Of a DNA stretch of 64,000 nucleotides, positions 1 through 9,171 are shown in pieces. This stretch comes from a virus. The position numbers were made by a program, and so were the translations under genes. Under the pieces are notes generated by a model. It saw only the letters and a list, made by a program, of their open reading frames with translations, did no database searches and had not been told where the DNA came from. Every line of letters starts with the position of its first letter. Positions within the stretch are counted from its first letter, which is position 1. Where the stretch lies: the IMG/VR virus record IMGVR_UViG_3300032116_000033, positions 1 to 64,000 of that record. One strand, 5' to 3'.

Positions 1-1
1 G

Positions 2-448
2 CGGTTTAGACTTGTTGTTGCTAATCCCTCAAGCCCGGTTGGGTATGGTAAGTCCAACTCTAACGAGTTTGGCCTGGTTGCCCCTAGAAGGGGACAACAG
101 GCGCTGACTGTGACGAGTACGCTCCCTAGTTGGAGCACAACTCGGGCCGTGGGCGTTTATTATCAAGACCAAGACGGAAACCACAGGCTTAAATTCAACT
201 TTACGGGGTCTTGTGCGGCGGGCGCGCGCACGTCCGGTACATGGGCTATTACTGGAGTTACGTGGAAAAACGTTGCTAACTTTTTGCAATGCGTTTCTGG
301 GTTTAGTAACGGAGGCGGTGCCGCCGTCGGAGCTTATACGACGCCGCCTAACGGCAACTCAATAAACCTGGAACATCTTTCTTCGACAACCACGCTGTAC
401 TGCATTTCCGGCGACGTCGAACTCGAATCTAGACCAAGCTGGGCATAA
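2..448 (+). CDS. partial (5'-truncated) tail-fibre/adhesin-like protein, C-terminal part
   Basis: Frame is open from position 2 to TAA at 448; S/T/G/A-rich beta-strand composition; next to similar virion genes. Confidence 0.55.
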   Translation, partial: RFRLVVANPSSPVGYGKSNSNEFGLVAPRRGQQALTVTSTLPSWSTTRAVGVYYQDQDGNHRLKFNFTGSCAAGARTSGTWAITGVTWKNVANFLQCVSGFSNGGGAAVGAYTTPPNGNSINLEHLSSTTTLYCISGDVELESRPSWA

Positions 449-451
449 GCC

Positions 452-520
452 ATGGAACATCTAGAGCGTGTTTTAGACAAACTAGACCGCATCGATGAGC
501 GCTTGGACTTAAGCAATTGA
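452..520 (+). pseudogene. 22-codon ORF MEHLERVLDKLDRIDERLDLSN, possibly the truncated start of a coiled-coil (XhlA/holin-like) gene
   Basis: ATG 4 nt after the previous stop; heptad-like LDKLDRIDERLD; early TGA. Confidence 0.25.
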
Positions 521-571
521 CGCCCTTGCCGGTTTAGCGTAAAGTAGGAACCGGCTCTTTTTTCTCAATAC

Positions 572-742
572 ATGGCCTCCATAAGGAGGACAGCGATAGT
601 GGGTTACAATAAAGATAGCCAGGTCGAGTTCGACTCGATAGACAGAGCCAGCATCGCCTTGCAGCGCGACCGGCGCACGATAGCTAAGGCGATCGAGAGC
701 AATAGATGTGTAAACGGGTATTTTTGAAAGTTTAAGGAGTAG
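572..742 (+). pseudogene. NUMOD1-like DNA-binding remnant of a homing endonuclease
   Basis: Translation MASIRRTAIVGYNKDSQVEFDSIDRASIALQRDRRTIAKAIESNRCVNGYF*KFKE; TGA at 725-727 sits where NUMOD1 motifs typically have Trp (GYxWK). Confidence 0.45.
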
Positions 743-744
743 AT

Positions 745-1578
745 ATGCCACAGTTTTTTCAAGACAACATCCCGCTGCTCCAGAGGGACACTGGAACGCA
801 GATCAGCATGCCAGCGACGTACAACGGCCAGCTAGCGCGCGCCCGCGTGGCCGGCCAAGGCTACCGCTGGTCCTCCGCCCTCGCCTGCAACCTAGCCACC
901 ACCGGACTCGGCGGCCTCGATACCGGCGCACTCGCGGCCAACACCCTGTACCACGTGTACCTCTGCGTCAGCAGCAACATCGTAGGACTGGTGGTCAGCG
1001 CCAACGGCCCCAGCACGGGACCGACCGGCTTCAGCCAGAACAGGTACGTCGGGAGACTTCGAACACAGAGCGGCAGCGCGAACGTGGCAGAGCTCGCGGT
1101 AGTCAACGTGATCGTCGGAGCTGGCGATGAGATCCCGATGCCGATAGTAGGGGAGTGGCAGAGTTATACGCCTACCGTTGTTAGCGGTTGGACCGGCGGA
1201 ACTTTGGGCGGGCGCTACAGACGAGTCGGTAGCAACATGGATGTTGAAATAAGTATTGTTTCTCCAACAAGCTGGACCGGCAATATTGAAGCGAGGATTC
1301 CTACGGGCTTTACTGTCGATACAACTGCCATCCCAGCAGCAGCTCCTGGAGAGCGCTTTCCAGTTGGTCAAGCCGTATTTGTCGATGACTCCGCTTCGAC
1401 TCGATACCTAGGTACGGTCGTCTATTATACGACTACATCAGTTCGCATCTGGTCAACTGCTGGGGTAGATGTCTGGGCACCCATCGCCGGTAGACCTGTT
1501 GCAGGACAAAACGGTGCCGATGCAATCCATTTGACAATGACCGTCCCCATCGCCGAGTGGCAAGGTCTCTTCTCCTAA
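745..1578 (+). CDS. tail-fibre/virion adhesin-like protein
   Basis: RBS AAGGAG; GGLDTGALAANTLYHVYL and WQSYTPT...GRYRRVG motifs typical of phage fibre modules. Confidence 0.65.
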   Translation: MPQFFQDNIPLLQRDTGTQISMPATYNGQLARARVAGQGYRWSSALACNLATTGLGGLDTGALAANTLYHVYLCVSSNIVGLVVSANGPSTGPTGFSQNRYVGRLRTQSGSANVAELAVVNVIVGAGDEIPMPIVGEWQSYTPTVVSGWTGGTLGGRYRRVGSNMDVEISIVSPTSWTGNIEARIPTGFTVDTTAIPAAAPGERFPVGQAVFVDDSASTRYLGTVVYYTTTSVRIWSTAGVDVWAPIAGRPVAGQNGADAIHLTMTVPIAEWQGLFS

Positions 1579-1617
1579 ACCCTTTAACTTAACGAACATT
1601 AAACGAGGATCAAGCAT

Positions 1618-2976
1618 ATGTCACTTACCGGCACCGGCAGCTTAAGCCTAAAGAAAACGGATTTGTCCTCCGACCGCACCTCCGGCACCTACCGCAAGGT
1701 GCAGTTCGCCCACAAGGCCGCCGGCGGCGAGACCGGCATCAACCTGGCGGCCATGACGCTGCCGTCCTCGGAGATGCCTGGGTTCGTCCAGCCGACGCAG
1801 GCGGAGCTCGCGGCGTGCCAGCTTCTCTTCAACCAGCGGAACCTGACGCTGACCTCGTCCGTGCGCGGGACGCTCATCCCGTTCATGAGCTACGTGGTCG
1901 GATCGTCCACGCAGATAAACTTCACCGACTCCTTCGGCACCGCGCTTCCGGGCGAGGTCTTCGTGGGCGTCATCGACGGCACCAACCGCGACGGCGTGAG
2001 CGGAGCCGCCGCGAGCAGCATCGTGGCCACCGGTACGCTTCTGGCCGGAGCCAGCGACTTCAACGTCGGCACCCCGTTCGTCACGAACCTCTATCCTACG
2101 CAGCAGATCGGCGCGGTTTTAGTCTATCTAGACGGCCAGCTGATGATGCGGAACTCCGGCAACGCGACGGCTGCGCCATCCGCGGACGGCAACTACCAGG
2201 AAGTAAGTTCCGGCGGCGGTTACTCGAACCTGATCCGCTTTAATATCGTCGATAACTTGAACGACCGCGCGGTGACGGTGGTCAGCAACGGTAGCATGGT
2301 CGAGCAGCCTTCGGGCAGCATCAAGGCCACGGTAGAGACCTTGGCCGGACAGCAGGACGCAGTGATCCAGACCGTAGCGGCATTGGCCGGCGTTCCTACC
2401 AGCAACTTCTACGCGGCGCCGAACAACGTCGATATGCTTAGTTTTGGAAACTCGGTCTTGGCGTTGAACCAGAGCGCGGCACTGAAGAACGTGAGCAACA
2501 CGTTCACGCAGCCGCAGAATATCCCAGGCAAAACGGATGGTACGGCGGTGGCTCCTGGGTACATTGGAGAACGCATCACCTGGGCTACTCCGCCGTCGCT
2601 TCAGGCTGCCACCACTTCTTTATCAGATTGGACAAATGCTAACATTGTTCTTACTCCAGGTACTTGGCAGATTTTTGGAAGTTTTTTTGTTACAGGAACA
2701 ACTGCTACATCCATTGGAGCAGCAGCTACTACAGTGGTACAAATTACGGACGCTTCAAACACAGTTGTGCAAAATATGGAAAGTCAAATGTATATAATTA
2801 ATTCCGGCTCTTCTGCCTTAACTATAGGTTCTACAGTGGCACTGTATGGAACGGTAAGTATTAACACAACAACAACATATAAAGTAAGATTACAGAAAGC
2901 AGAAGCTGCAGCAACTTGTCAAATTTATAATACTGCTTTTGCTCGCAGCGTGTTTTACGCCGTCCGCATCGCCTAA
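1618..2976 (+). CDS. tail-fibre/virion protein with C-terminal beta-sandwich module
   Basis: 452 aa; C-terminal GKTDGTAVAPGYIGE...FYAVRIA module paralogous to the next gene. Confidence 0.65.
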   Translation: MSLTGTGSLSLKKTDLSSDRTSGTYRKVQFAHKAAGGETGINLAAMTLPSSEMPGFVQPTQAELAACQLLFNQRNLTLTSSVRGTLIPFMSYVVGSSTQINFTDSFGTALPGEVFVGVIDGTNRDGVSGAAASSIVATGTLLAGASDFNVGTPFVTNLYPTQQIGAVLVYLDGQLMMRNSGNATAAPSADGNYQEVSSGGGYSNLIRFNIVDNLNDRAVTVVSNGSMVEQPSGSIKATVETLAGQQDAVIQTVAALAGVPTSNFYAAPNNVDMLSFGNSVLALNQSAALKNVSNTFTQPQNIPGKTDGTAVAPGYIGERITWATPPSLQAATTSLSDWTNANIVLTPGTWQIFGSFFVTGTTATSIGAAATTVVQITDASNTVVQNMESQMYIINSGSSALTIGSTVALYGTVSINTTTTYKVRLQKAEAAATCQIYNTAFARSVFYAVRIA

Positions 2977-3007
2977 ACTTAAACTAAATACTTGAAAGGA
3001 TAAAGAT

Positions 3008-3592
3008 ATGAGTATGGAACTTGTGCGTAAACCGGCTAGCTCATCCAACGACGGAGAGCTAGACTCATCCTCAGCACAGACGATAGCAGGAGCGAAGACG
3101 TTTACGGGAGCGTTGACTCCTTCAGGTGGGATAGTTGGAAGGACGGACGGGGTTGCGGTGCCGGCTGGGATGATTGGGGAGCGCGTTACTTGGGCGAGTG
3201 CTCCGGGAAACCAGGCAATGACCACGACAATGACCGACTGGACTAACGCATCTATATCATTATCCGCTGGTGTTTGGATGGTTTACGCTAACGTCCAGTG
3301 CATCGCAGAAACAGGCACAGCGGTATCTAACTTTAGCTCGGCCAACGTAGTAATAACAGATACCGGTAATGCTATTGTCCAGGAAATGGACCAACAATTG
3401 ATGTGCCGAACATCGGCGGCAGCTTCAGCCTTTCAAGCATGTACCTTGGCTTTCTCTTTTCTTGCTAATGTAAATAGCAGCACAACGTATAAAATTAGAG
3501 TTAGGCGTATTGACGGCGCGGGGACTGGCTCTGCTACGGTTTACAATCAAGGCACCAACAGGTCGCAATTTTACGCAGTCCGCATCGCGTGA
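3008..3592 (+). CDS. short tail-fibre-like protein
   Basis: AQTIAGAKTFTG fibre repeat; GRTDGVAVPAGMIGE...FYAVRIA module. Confidence 0.65.
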   Translation: MSMELVRKPASSSNDGELDSSSAQTIAGAKTFTGALTPSGGIVGRTDGVAVPAGMIGERVTWASAPGNQAMTTTMTDWTNASISLSAGVWMVYANVQCIAETGTAVSNFSSANVVITDTGNAIVQEMDQQLMCRTSAAASAFQACTLAFSFLANVNSSTTYKIRVRRIDGAGTGSATVYNQGTNRSQFYAVRIA

Positions 3593-3772
3593 GCCCAGCT
3601 ATGAACGAACAACACAAGGTCATCCTGCCCCGCAAGGGGTCTCTCCCTGCTCTCGGCGCTTAACGACCGCGGGGCAGAACGGCCCAAGGAAGTGTGCTAA
3701 GATAGATATGGATACTCTGCGCTTAATCGACTCAAAGATACTAGAAAAAGCCAACAAGAAAGGTATCGTGAA

Positions 3773-4837
3773 ATGACTACGCCACGCATAGACAACCTAA
3801 ATAGCTATAATAATATGATTATAGGTGGAAATTTCGACTTCTGGCAGCGCGGTACGAGCTTCACCGCCGTAGCGAACAACGCCTACACCGCAGATCGCTG
3901 GCAGTACACGAAAGTCGGAGCAATGGTCGGCAACATCACAAGGTCCACAGACGTTCCTACCGTGGCGCAGTCCGGCTTCGCATCTCAGTTTAGTCTCCTG
4001 TACACGATCACCACCGTGGACTCGTCTATCGCCGCGGGCGAGGTCAGTCTCCTGAACTACAAGATCGAGGGATCCGACTACGCGCTCATCCACGGCGGTC
4101 AGAGCGCTAGGCTTCAGTTCTGGGTGAAGTCGTCGGTTACAGGCACGTACGGCGTTGCGCTTAGAAACAACGCCGTAAACAGATCGTACGTCACGACCAT
4201 AGCGATCAACGCTGCGAACACCTGGGAGCGCAAGACGATCGACTTTACCACCGACACCGCGGGAACATGGCTCCTCGACAACTCGACGGGTCTTCAGATC
4301 TCGATCGTGCTTGATTCTGGCACGGATTTCAGGACCTCGACTCTGAACAGCTGGCAGAACGGCAACTTTGTTGCGGGCAGCACCCAGGCAAACTTCTCGG
4401 CCACCAACGGCGCCACCTTCCAGCTCGCACAAGTCATGCTCGTTCCCGGCAGCTACCGCGCCGCGACGAACCTCATCTTCAAGCGCGCGGGAAGAAGCAT
4501 CGGCGACGAGCTGCGGATGTGTCAGCGGTACTGCGTTGCAGCCGCCACACTTCTTCCTGCAGCAGGTGGTGATGTAGCCGCAAACACAATAAATTTCTGG
4601 TTTCCTATGCCTGTTTTTATGCGAGGAACGATTAACTGGGACGCAAACGGCACTACATATGGAGTAGATTATGCCGTGGTGAATATCAACGGTACTAGTC
4701 AAAGTGGTTTTACATTAGCCACAGCATCCGCATCAGGTCTGCGCGCCAGGGTTATTGGCACAAAAAACGCGCATGGATTAACCACTGGGGTCTCTTTAGG
4801 CTGGGGCGGACTGGCCTTTTTTGAATCGGAACTCTAA
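3773..4837 (+). CDS. tail-fibre protein with carbohydrate-binding-like domain
   Basis: NMIIGGNFDFWQRGTSF...YTADRW and ELRMCQRY motifs common in phage fibre proteins. Confidence 0.7.
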   Translation: MTTPRIDNLNSYNNMIIGGNFDFWQRGTSFTAVANNAYTADRWQYTKVGAMVGNITRSTDVPTVAQSGFASQFSLLYTITTVDSSIAAGEVSLLNYKIEGSDYALIHGGQSARLQFWVKSSVTGTYGVALRNNAVNRSYVTTIAINAANTWERKTIDFTTDTAGTWLLDNSTGLQISIVLDSGTDFRTSTLNSWQNGNFVAGSTQANFSATNGATFQLAQVMLVPGSYRAATNLIFKRAGRSIGDELRMCQRYCVAAATLLPAAGGDVAANTINFWFPMPVFMRGTINWDANGTTYGVDYAVVNINGTSQSGFTLATASASGLRARVIGTKNAHGLTTGVSLGWGGLAFFESEL

Positions 4838-4875
4838 TCTAGATATACTACTCCAAACATAAGGGAGAACAATAC

Positions 4876-7140
4876 ATGGCAAAAGTATCACCACAGATCA
4901 AAGACATCGATTCTGCCATAGGACTAGAGCAGGAACCACTTACGTTTCTTCCTAGGGTCTCGGCACCTTTCACCACGGTAGTAAACCGCGCGCCGGTGGT
5001 AAACTTCGCCGCCGACGGACTTCCTAAGTTCGGCGTAGAGCGTATCATGACCCAGGGCATCGTAGAGGTACAGGGCGAGGTCGGTCCCAACGGCGAGCGA
5101 GTTTGGAAGCCGATCAACGACGTGCACAACGCGGTTAGGTTCTACGGTCCTTGGACGAATCCAATTGACGTAAACGGACAAAGACCTCAAGGTTCTTCTG
5201 GAGCAGTCTGTGAAATTACATTTTACGGAACTGGGCTAAATTTACTGAGATATAACGACAGTAGTAATAGAACTTTCAGTTACACAGTCAACGGAGGAAG
5301 CAGCACTAACGTAACAGGCGCTTGGGCCGACACTATCTTGGCCAGAAGCTACAGTTCTAATATAGTTTTTCCGATAATTAGTGGGTTGACTTTAGGATTA
5401 CACACCGTACAGCTCACAAGCTCAAGTAATGCTTTCGGTGTGTTTGGCTACGAGGTCCTCAACACCTCCGCATCCATCTTCCTCCCGCAGACCACCTCGT
5501 ACATCGGCGGCAGAAGACTGTTCCAGAACTCTACCGGGACCATGTCTCCTACGACCGGCTTCGAGTCCGGCACCTTAGGAACTCGCGGCGGCCACGTGCT
5601 GGTCTATCAGAAGGCTGACGGAACCATCGCCAAGGCCGTTACGCCCACCAACGCCGCAGCAGCTTTCCTGTCGTCGGCCGACCACACCAACGAGGAAGAG
5701 ATCCGTCGGTACTTTCCTCGTGAGTTTGGTGCTGGTCGGGGCGATGATTTTAGCAGCTTGACGGCATCAGCAAGCAACCGCGCCTTTACTTTAGATGACG
5801 GTACGACTACATTGGTTGGAAGTAATGCACTTATAAACGATAGATTTGCTATTGGTTACGAATATCTAAATACTTCTGCTACTGGTGATTACGTTACGCT
5901 TACTTTTGTTGGAACTGGATTAGATTTAGATGTTGTTCCAAGCACCGCTGCAGCTACCTTGTCTATTGCTATAGATGGATCGGCTGTTTCAGGGTCAGTA
6001 ACTTTCTCTACCGCCAACGTTAGGACAATAAGGAAAATATGTTCTGGTCTTCCATATGGAACGCACACTGTAAAAATCAATTGGACAACTAATGCTGTCG
6101 GCATTAATAGCTTCATCGTCTACGGTCCTAAAACTCCTACACTTCCTGCAGGTGCGGTGGCGCTGGCTGATTATTTTGTGATGGGGGATTCTACTGCAAT
6201 ATCTACTGCAGCAATAGACAGTGTAACTTCTGGAGCACTAAGAAAATATTGTGCACGAGAGTTTATATATTCTGGAACCTGGGCAATAACAGCAGTTAGC
6301 CCAAGTACTTTTCAGTCTGGACTAAACTTTCAATCTACAACTAATGGCGGATTTTGGGAATATAGTTTTTTTGGAACAGGGTTTGAGGTAAGAACTATTT
6401 TTGAGAACGCTCAAACTATGGCCTTAACAATTTCTGTTAATGGTAGTAGCAATCTATCGGGTTTTACCACACAATTCGCTCAGCAAAGCACAGGCTTAAG
6501 TTTCACAGCAAGTCCTACAGCTACTATATCTGGCACCTCAAGTGCCGTTGGTGTTGGTGTTTTGAGGGTTACTGGTTTAAGTTTAGGTCGACATACCGTA
6601 AGAATTACTAGTGGAAATACTGGTAGATGGTATGCCGACTCGTTCGACATCATCACCCCTATCCACTCGCCCAAGATCAACCAGCCGGGAGATCTTCAGA
6701 ACACGCTTCCGGTCGGATCGTGCGCGATCGGTGATATGAGGAAGTTCAGCGCGGCAGCGGTCAAGCCGTTGACGAACTGGGCGCAGGCGATTGGGGTTAC
6801 GAGTGCACCTACGACAACAAGTACGAGCTACGTACCGCTGCCTGATATGAGTCTTACGCTTAAGACCAGCGGTAATCCGGTTTTTATAACTTTTGATGCG
6901 CTTGTAACCAACAACACCGTAGGTCAGACGACTGACTTTTTCATATATGTCAACGGATTGCAAATACCAAACTTAAGGCAGGCGATGCCTGCCGCAAGCG
7001 GATACAGATCAGTTGTCAGTTTTGCTATGATCCAGCCATTAGCTGCAGGCTTTCACAAGATAGATGTATATTGGAGTGTCAGCGCTGGAACTGGAACAGC
7101 AATCGGTACAAACCGCACACTTACAGCTCGGGAGCTATAA
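4876..7140 (+). CDS. multidomain receptor-binding/tail protein
   Basis: 754 aa; three repeats of xFxGTG(L/F)...GLxxGxHTV (ITFYGTGL, LTFVGTGL, YSFFGTGF) plus a C-terminal module. Confidence 0.7.
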   Translation: MAKVSPQIKDIDSAIGLEQEPLTFLPRVSAPFTTVVNRAPVVNFAADGLPKFGVERIMTQGIVEVQGEVGPNGERVWKPINDVHNAVRFYGPWTNPIDVNGQRPQGSSGAVCEITFYGTGLNLLRYNDSSNRTFSYTVNGGSSTNVTGAWADTILARSYSSNIVFPIISGLTLGLHTVQLTSSSNAFGVFGYEVLNTSASIFLPQTTSYIGGRRLFQNSTGTMSPTTGFESGTLGTRGGHVLVYQKADGTIAKAVTPTNAAAAFLSSADHTNEEEIRRYFPREFGAGRGDDFSSLTASASNRAFTLDDGTTTLVGSNALINDRFAIGYEYLNTSATGDYVTLTFVGTGLDLDVVPSTAAATLSIAIDGSAVSGSVTFSTANVRTIRKICSGLPYGTHTVKINWTTNAVGINSFIVYGPKTPTLPAGAVALADYFVMGDSTAISTAAIDSVTSGALRKYCAREFIYSGTWAITAVSPSTFQSGLNFQSTTNGGFWEYSFFGTGFEVRTIFENAQTMALTISVNGSSNLSGFTTQFAQQSTGLSFTASPTATISGTSSAVGVGVLRVTGLSLGRHTVRITSGNTGRWYADSFDIITPIHSPKINQPGDLQNTLPVGSCAIGDMRKFSAAAVKPLTNWAQAIGVTSAPTTTSTSYVPLPDMSLTLKTSGNPVFITFDALVTNNTVGQTTDFFIYVNGLQIPNLRQAMPAASGYRSVVSFAMIQPLAAGFHKIDVYWSVSAGTGTAIGTNRTLTAREL

Positions 7141-7141
7141 T

Positions 7142-7489
7142 ATGTACTCTATCAAACTAGAATGGAAATCTTTTAACCTTGACCTTCAGGCAGTCGACGC
7201 TTGGATGAAAGCAAACTGCGGCGACAACTACTTAGGAAACTCTGCTGACGTTGCCCTCACGCTCTGGTTCAAAGAAAAACCAGAGAACGAGGAAGACGTC
7301 CTCGCCTACTGGGAACTTCTCGACGAGGAATCCGACGAGGCGAAGTCCTACCTTCCGGCCGAAGCGATCGCTAATAAGATCGCCGAACTAAAGGAAGGGC
7401 TCGTTCTTAAGTCGTGGGATGAGATGTCTGCGGCAGAGCGGAAGCTTATGCTGGGCAAATCGCCTTCCAGAGAAGATCTCGGACTCTGA
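7142..7489 (+). CDS. acidic hypothetical protein (possible fibre assembly chaperone)
   Basis: ATG right after the previous stop; position downstream of fibre genes. Confidence 0.55.
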   Translation: MYSIKLEWKSFNLDLQAVDAWMKANCGDNYLGNSADVALTLWFKEKPENEEDVLAYWELLDEESDEAKSYLPAEAIANKIAELKEGLVLKSWDEMSAAERKLMLGKSPSREDLGL

Positions 7490-7492
7490 TCT

Positions 7493-7521
7493 AAGAGGAC
7501 CCGTCAGGGTCCTTTTCTTTT
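7493..7521 (+). terminator. rho-independent terminator between convergent units
   Basis: AGGACCC-GTCA-GGGTCCT stem-loop followed by a T tract. Confidence 0.7.
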
Positions 7522-7947
7522 CTCGTACAAAATTATCCGCACACCGTACGAGTCTTCCACGGGAAAGTTCTGCTGCATCGGCTGCTGGTATGCCCGATCC
7601 CAGTAGTCGGGCATCTCCTGCTCCATCACGTGCCGCGAGTGGTGCTCGTGAAACAGCTCGAACTGACCGATCCTGAAGCCGACCTCGTACCTCCATCCTA
7701 CCGTCATGAACTTCGAGTACGTTCCTTCACCGTGGATCTGGTTGCGCCAGAATCCGTTCCTCAGGAACGAGAGGTCGAAGTCGGTCGCGATCCTGCCGCG
7801 GTACTGATCGCACGGGATGTCGGGCGTCAGCATCTCGCGGTTGCACGTGAACTGCATAAGCTTCAGAGAGAACCTGTCGAGATCCAGGTACCGAGCCTGC
7901 GCCTCGGTTGCAAGGAGCATGACTATCGCGATAAGCAGAGTTTTCAT
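7504..7947 (-). CDS. secreted hypothetical protein (possible outer-membrane protein)
   Basis: Signal peptide MKTLLIAIVMLLATEAQA; aromatic alternating beta-strands. Confidence 0.6.
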   Translation of the reverse strand: MKTLLIAIVMLLATEAQARYLDLDRFSLKLMQFTCNREMLTPDIPCDQYRGRIATDFDLSFLRNGFWRNQIHGEGTYSKFMTVGWRYEVGFRIGQFELFHEHHSRHVMEQEMPDYWDRAYQQPMQQNFPVEDSYGVRIILYEKRKGP

Positions 7948-8276
7948 CTCTTCCTCCTGTAAAGTGGAAGGAGCCCGTGCTCCAATGCCCTTATAACCGC
8001 CTCTTCCTGGCCGTCCTCCATCGCGTACTTGTGACCGCTGAGGAACAAGACCATGTGACAGATCTCGTGGAACACCGTGCGCTCCATCTCGTCTCTAGGC
8101 TGATCCAGGTTGATGTAGATCCGCTTCTCGTTGTGGTACGTGACGCCGAACGTGTCTACGTACCCCTTCGGCATCTCGTGGCAGTAGATGATCTCCACGG
8201 CATGCCCGTATACGAGCACGCGCGACGGAAAGCCGCTGGGTTTTCTGCCGCGCTTCACTTTCGGGTGTCTAGCCAC
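7944..8276 (-). CDS. small HExxH zinc-metallopeptidase-like protein
   Basis: TVFHEICHM motif with downstream EE. Confidence 0.6.
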   Translation of the reverse strand: MARHPKVKRGRKPSGFPSRVLVYGHAVEIIYCHEMPKGYVDTFGVTYHNEKRIYINLDQPRDEMERTVFHEICHMVLFLSGHKYAMEDGQEEAVIRALEHGLLPLYRRKR

Positions 8277-8306
8277 GATGTTCTCCTGGTCTGTCTGGGC
8301 GATATT

Positions 8307-8630
8307 CTACTCGACGCCCATGTACATCGATATCACCGCTGCGATGGCCAAGCCGATACCGAGCCAGAACATCCAGTTCACCGACATCCCCCGCACGAGG
8401 TACGGGTACGCCGCCGTTATGATGACGAGCCCGAGCTCCCAGGCGACACCGTAGAACGATATCCAGCTGGCGCGCTCGAGCCATCTAGCAAGAAGGATCC
8501 AGATCAGGTTCATGGTCAGCGCGGCCGCGAGCCCGAGCCAGACGCTGCCGCCGCCGAACACGATGCTGCAGTACCACCAGTATACGGCAAGAACGATCGC
8601 TATGGAAAAGACCGGTATGATTATAGGCAT
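8307..8630 (-). CDS. small four-helix membrane protein
   Basis: Four hydrophobic segments in 107 aa (SMR/EamA-half-like size). Confidence 0.6.
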   Translation of the reverse strand: MPIIIPVFSIAIVLAVYWWYCSIVFGGGSVWLGLAAALTMNLIWILLARWLERASWISFYGVAWELGLVIITAAYPYLVRGMSVNWMFWLGIGLAIAAVISMYMGVE

Positions 8631-8635
8631 GTCTT

Positions 8636-8986
8636 CTACTCGAACATCACGTCTACGACGCTTACGGTTATTGTCTCACCCCGGATGACGACCCGAAGTC
8701 CCTCGAGCCTAAGGTCCTCGATCTCCTCGCCGAACCACTCCATCTCGACCGTCACGGCAGGATCGAACCTCATCAGCTGCTTGACCAGCACGTCCGGCTT
8801 CTCCTGGATCAAGAAATAGCGTGCGACCGCGCTCTTGGTCCTAGAGAGCTCGTCGTCGAACTCCTTCAAGAACCGCAGGCACACGTCGCGCACGGACTCT
8901 TCTGGATGCTGGGGTCTGTCCGACCGCGCCTTGGAGACGCGCCTTCGGATCATGGCCTGCACGAGCTCGCGGGGCGTACTCTTCAT
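8636..8986 (-). CDS. hypothetical protein
   Basis: Start MKSTPRE overlaps the upstream stop; tightly packed operon. Confidence 0.5.
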   Translation of the reverse strand: MKSTPRELVQAMIRRRVSKARSDRPQHPEESVRDVCLRFLKEFDDELSRTKSAVARYFLIQEKPDVLVKQLMRFDPAVTVEMEWFGEEIEDLRLEGLRVVIRGETITVSVVDVMFE

Positions 8987-9171
8987 CTGTCGATCCTGAT
9001 GCACGAGATGCTGCTCCCGTCGCTGTCGCGGTACACGTAGCACGTCGTGTCTCTGTTCCTGTCGTCGAACCTAGAGAGGCCGTTATCGACCACCCTATCG
9101 GTCATCCTCGACCAAGGGCTGGTCGCACATCCGGTCAAGGCAAGAGCAAAAGCCATCGTAAGAACTCTCAT
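8983..9171 (-). CDS. small lipoprotein
   Basis: MRVLTMAFALALTGC lipobox; GGAG RBS upstream. Confidence 0.6.
   Translation of the reverse strand: MRVLTMAFALALTGCATSPWSRMTDRVVDNGLSRFDDRNRDTTCYVYRDSDGSSISCIRIDR

Noticed and set aside
725-727. TGA recoded as Trp (alternative genetic code)
   Set aside because: Many clear genes end in TGA with tight downstream coupling, and long genes are uninterrupted in the standard code
3601-3776. Possible small gene or RNA element with a 9-bp inverted repeat (CTGCCCCGC/GCGGGGCAG)
   Set aside because: Only short broken ORFs and a single stem; not enough support to call
745-7140. Diversity-generating retroelement or invertase shufflon acting on the fibre genes
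   Set aside because: No reverse transcriptase, no template/variable repeat pair differing only at adenines, and no recombinase or inverted cassettes seen in the window
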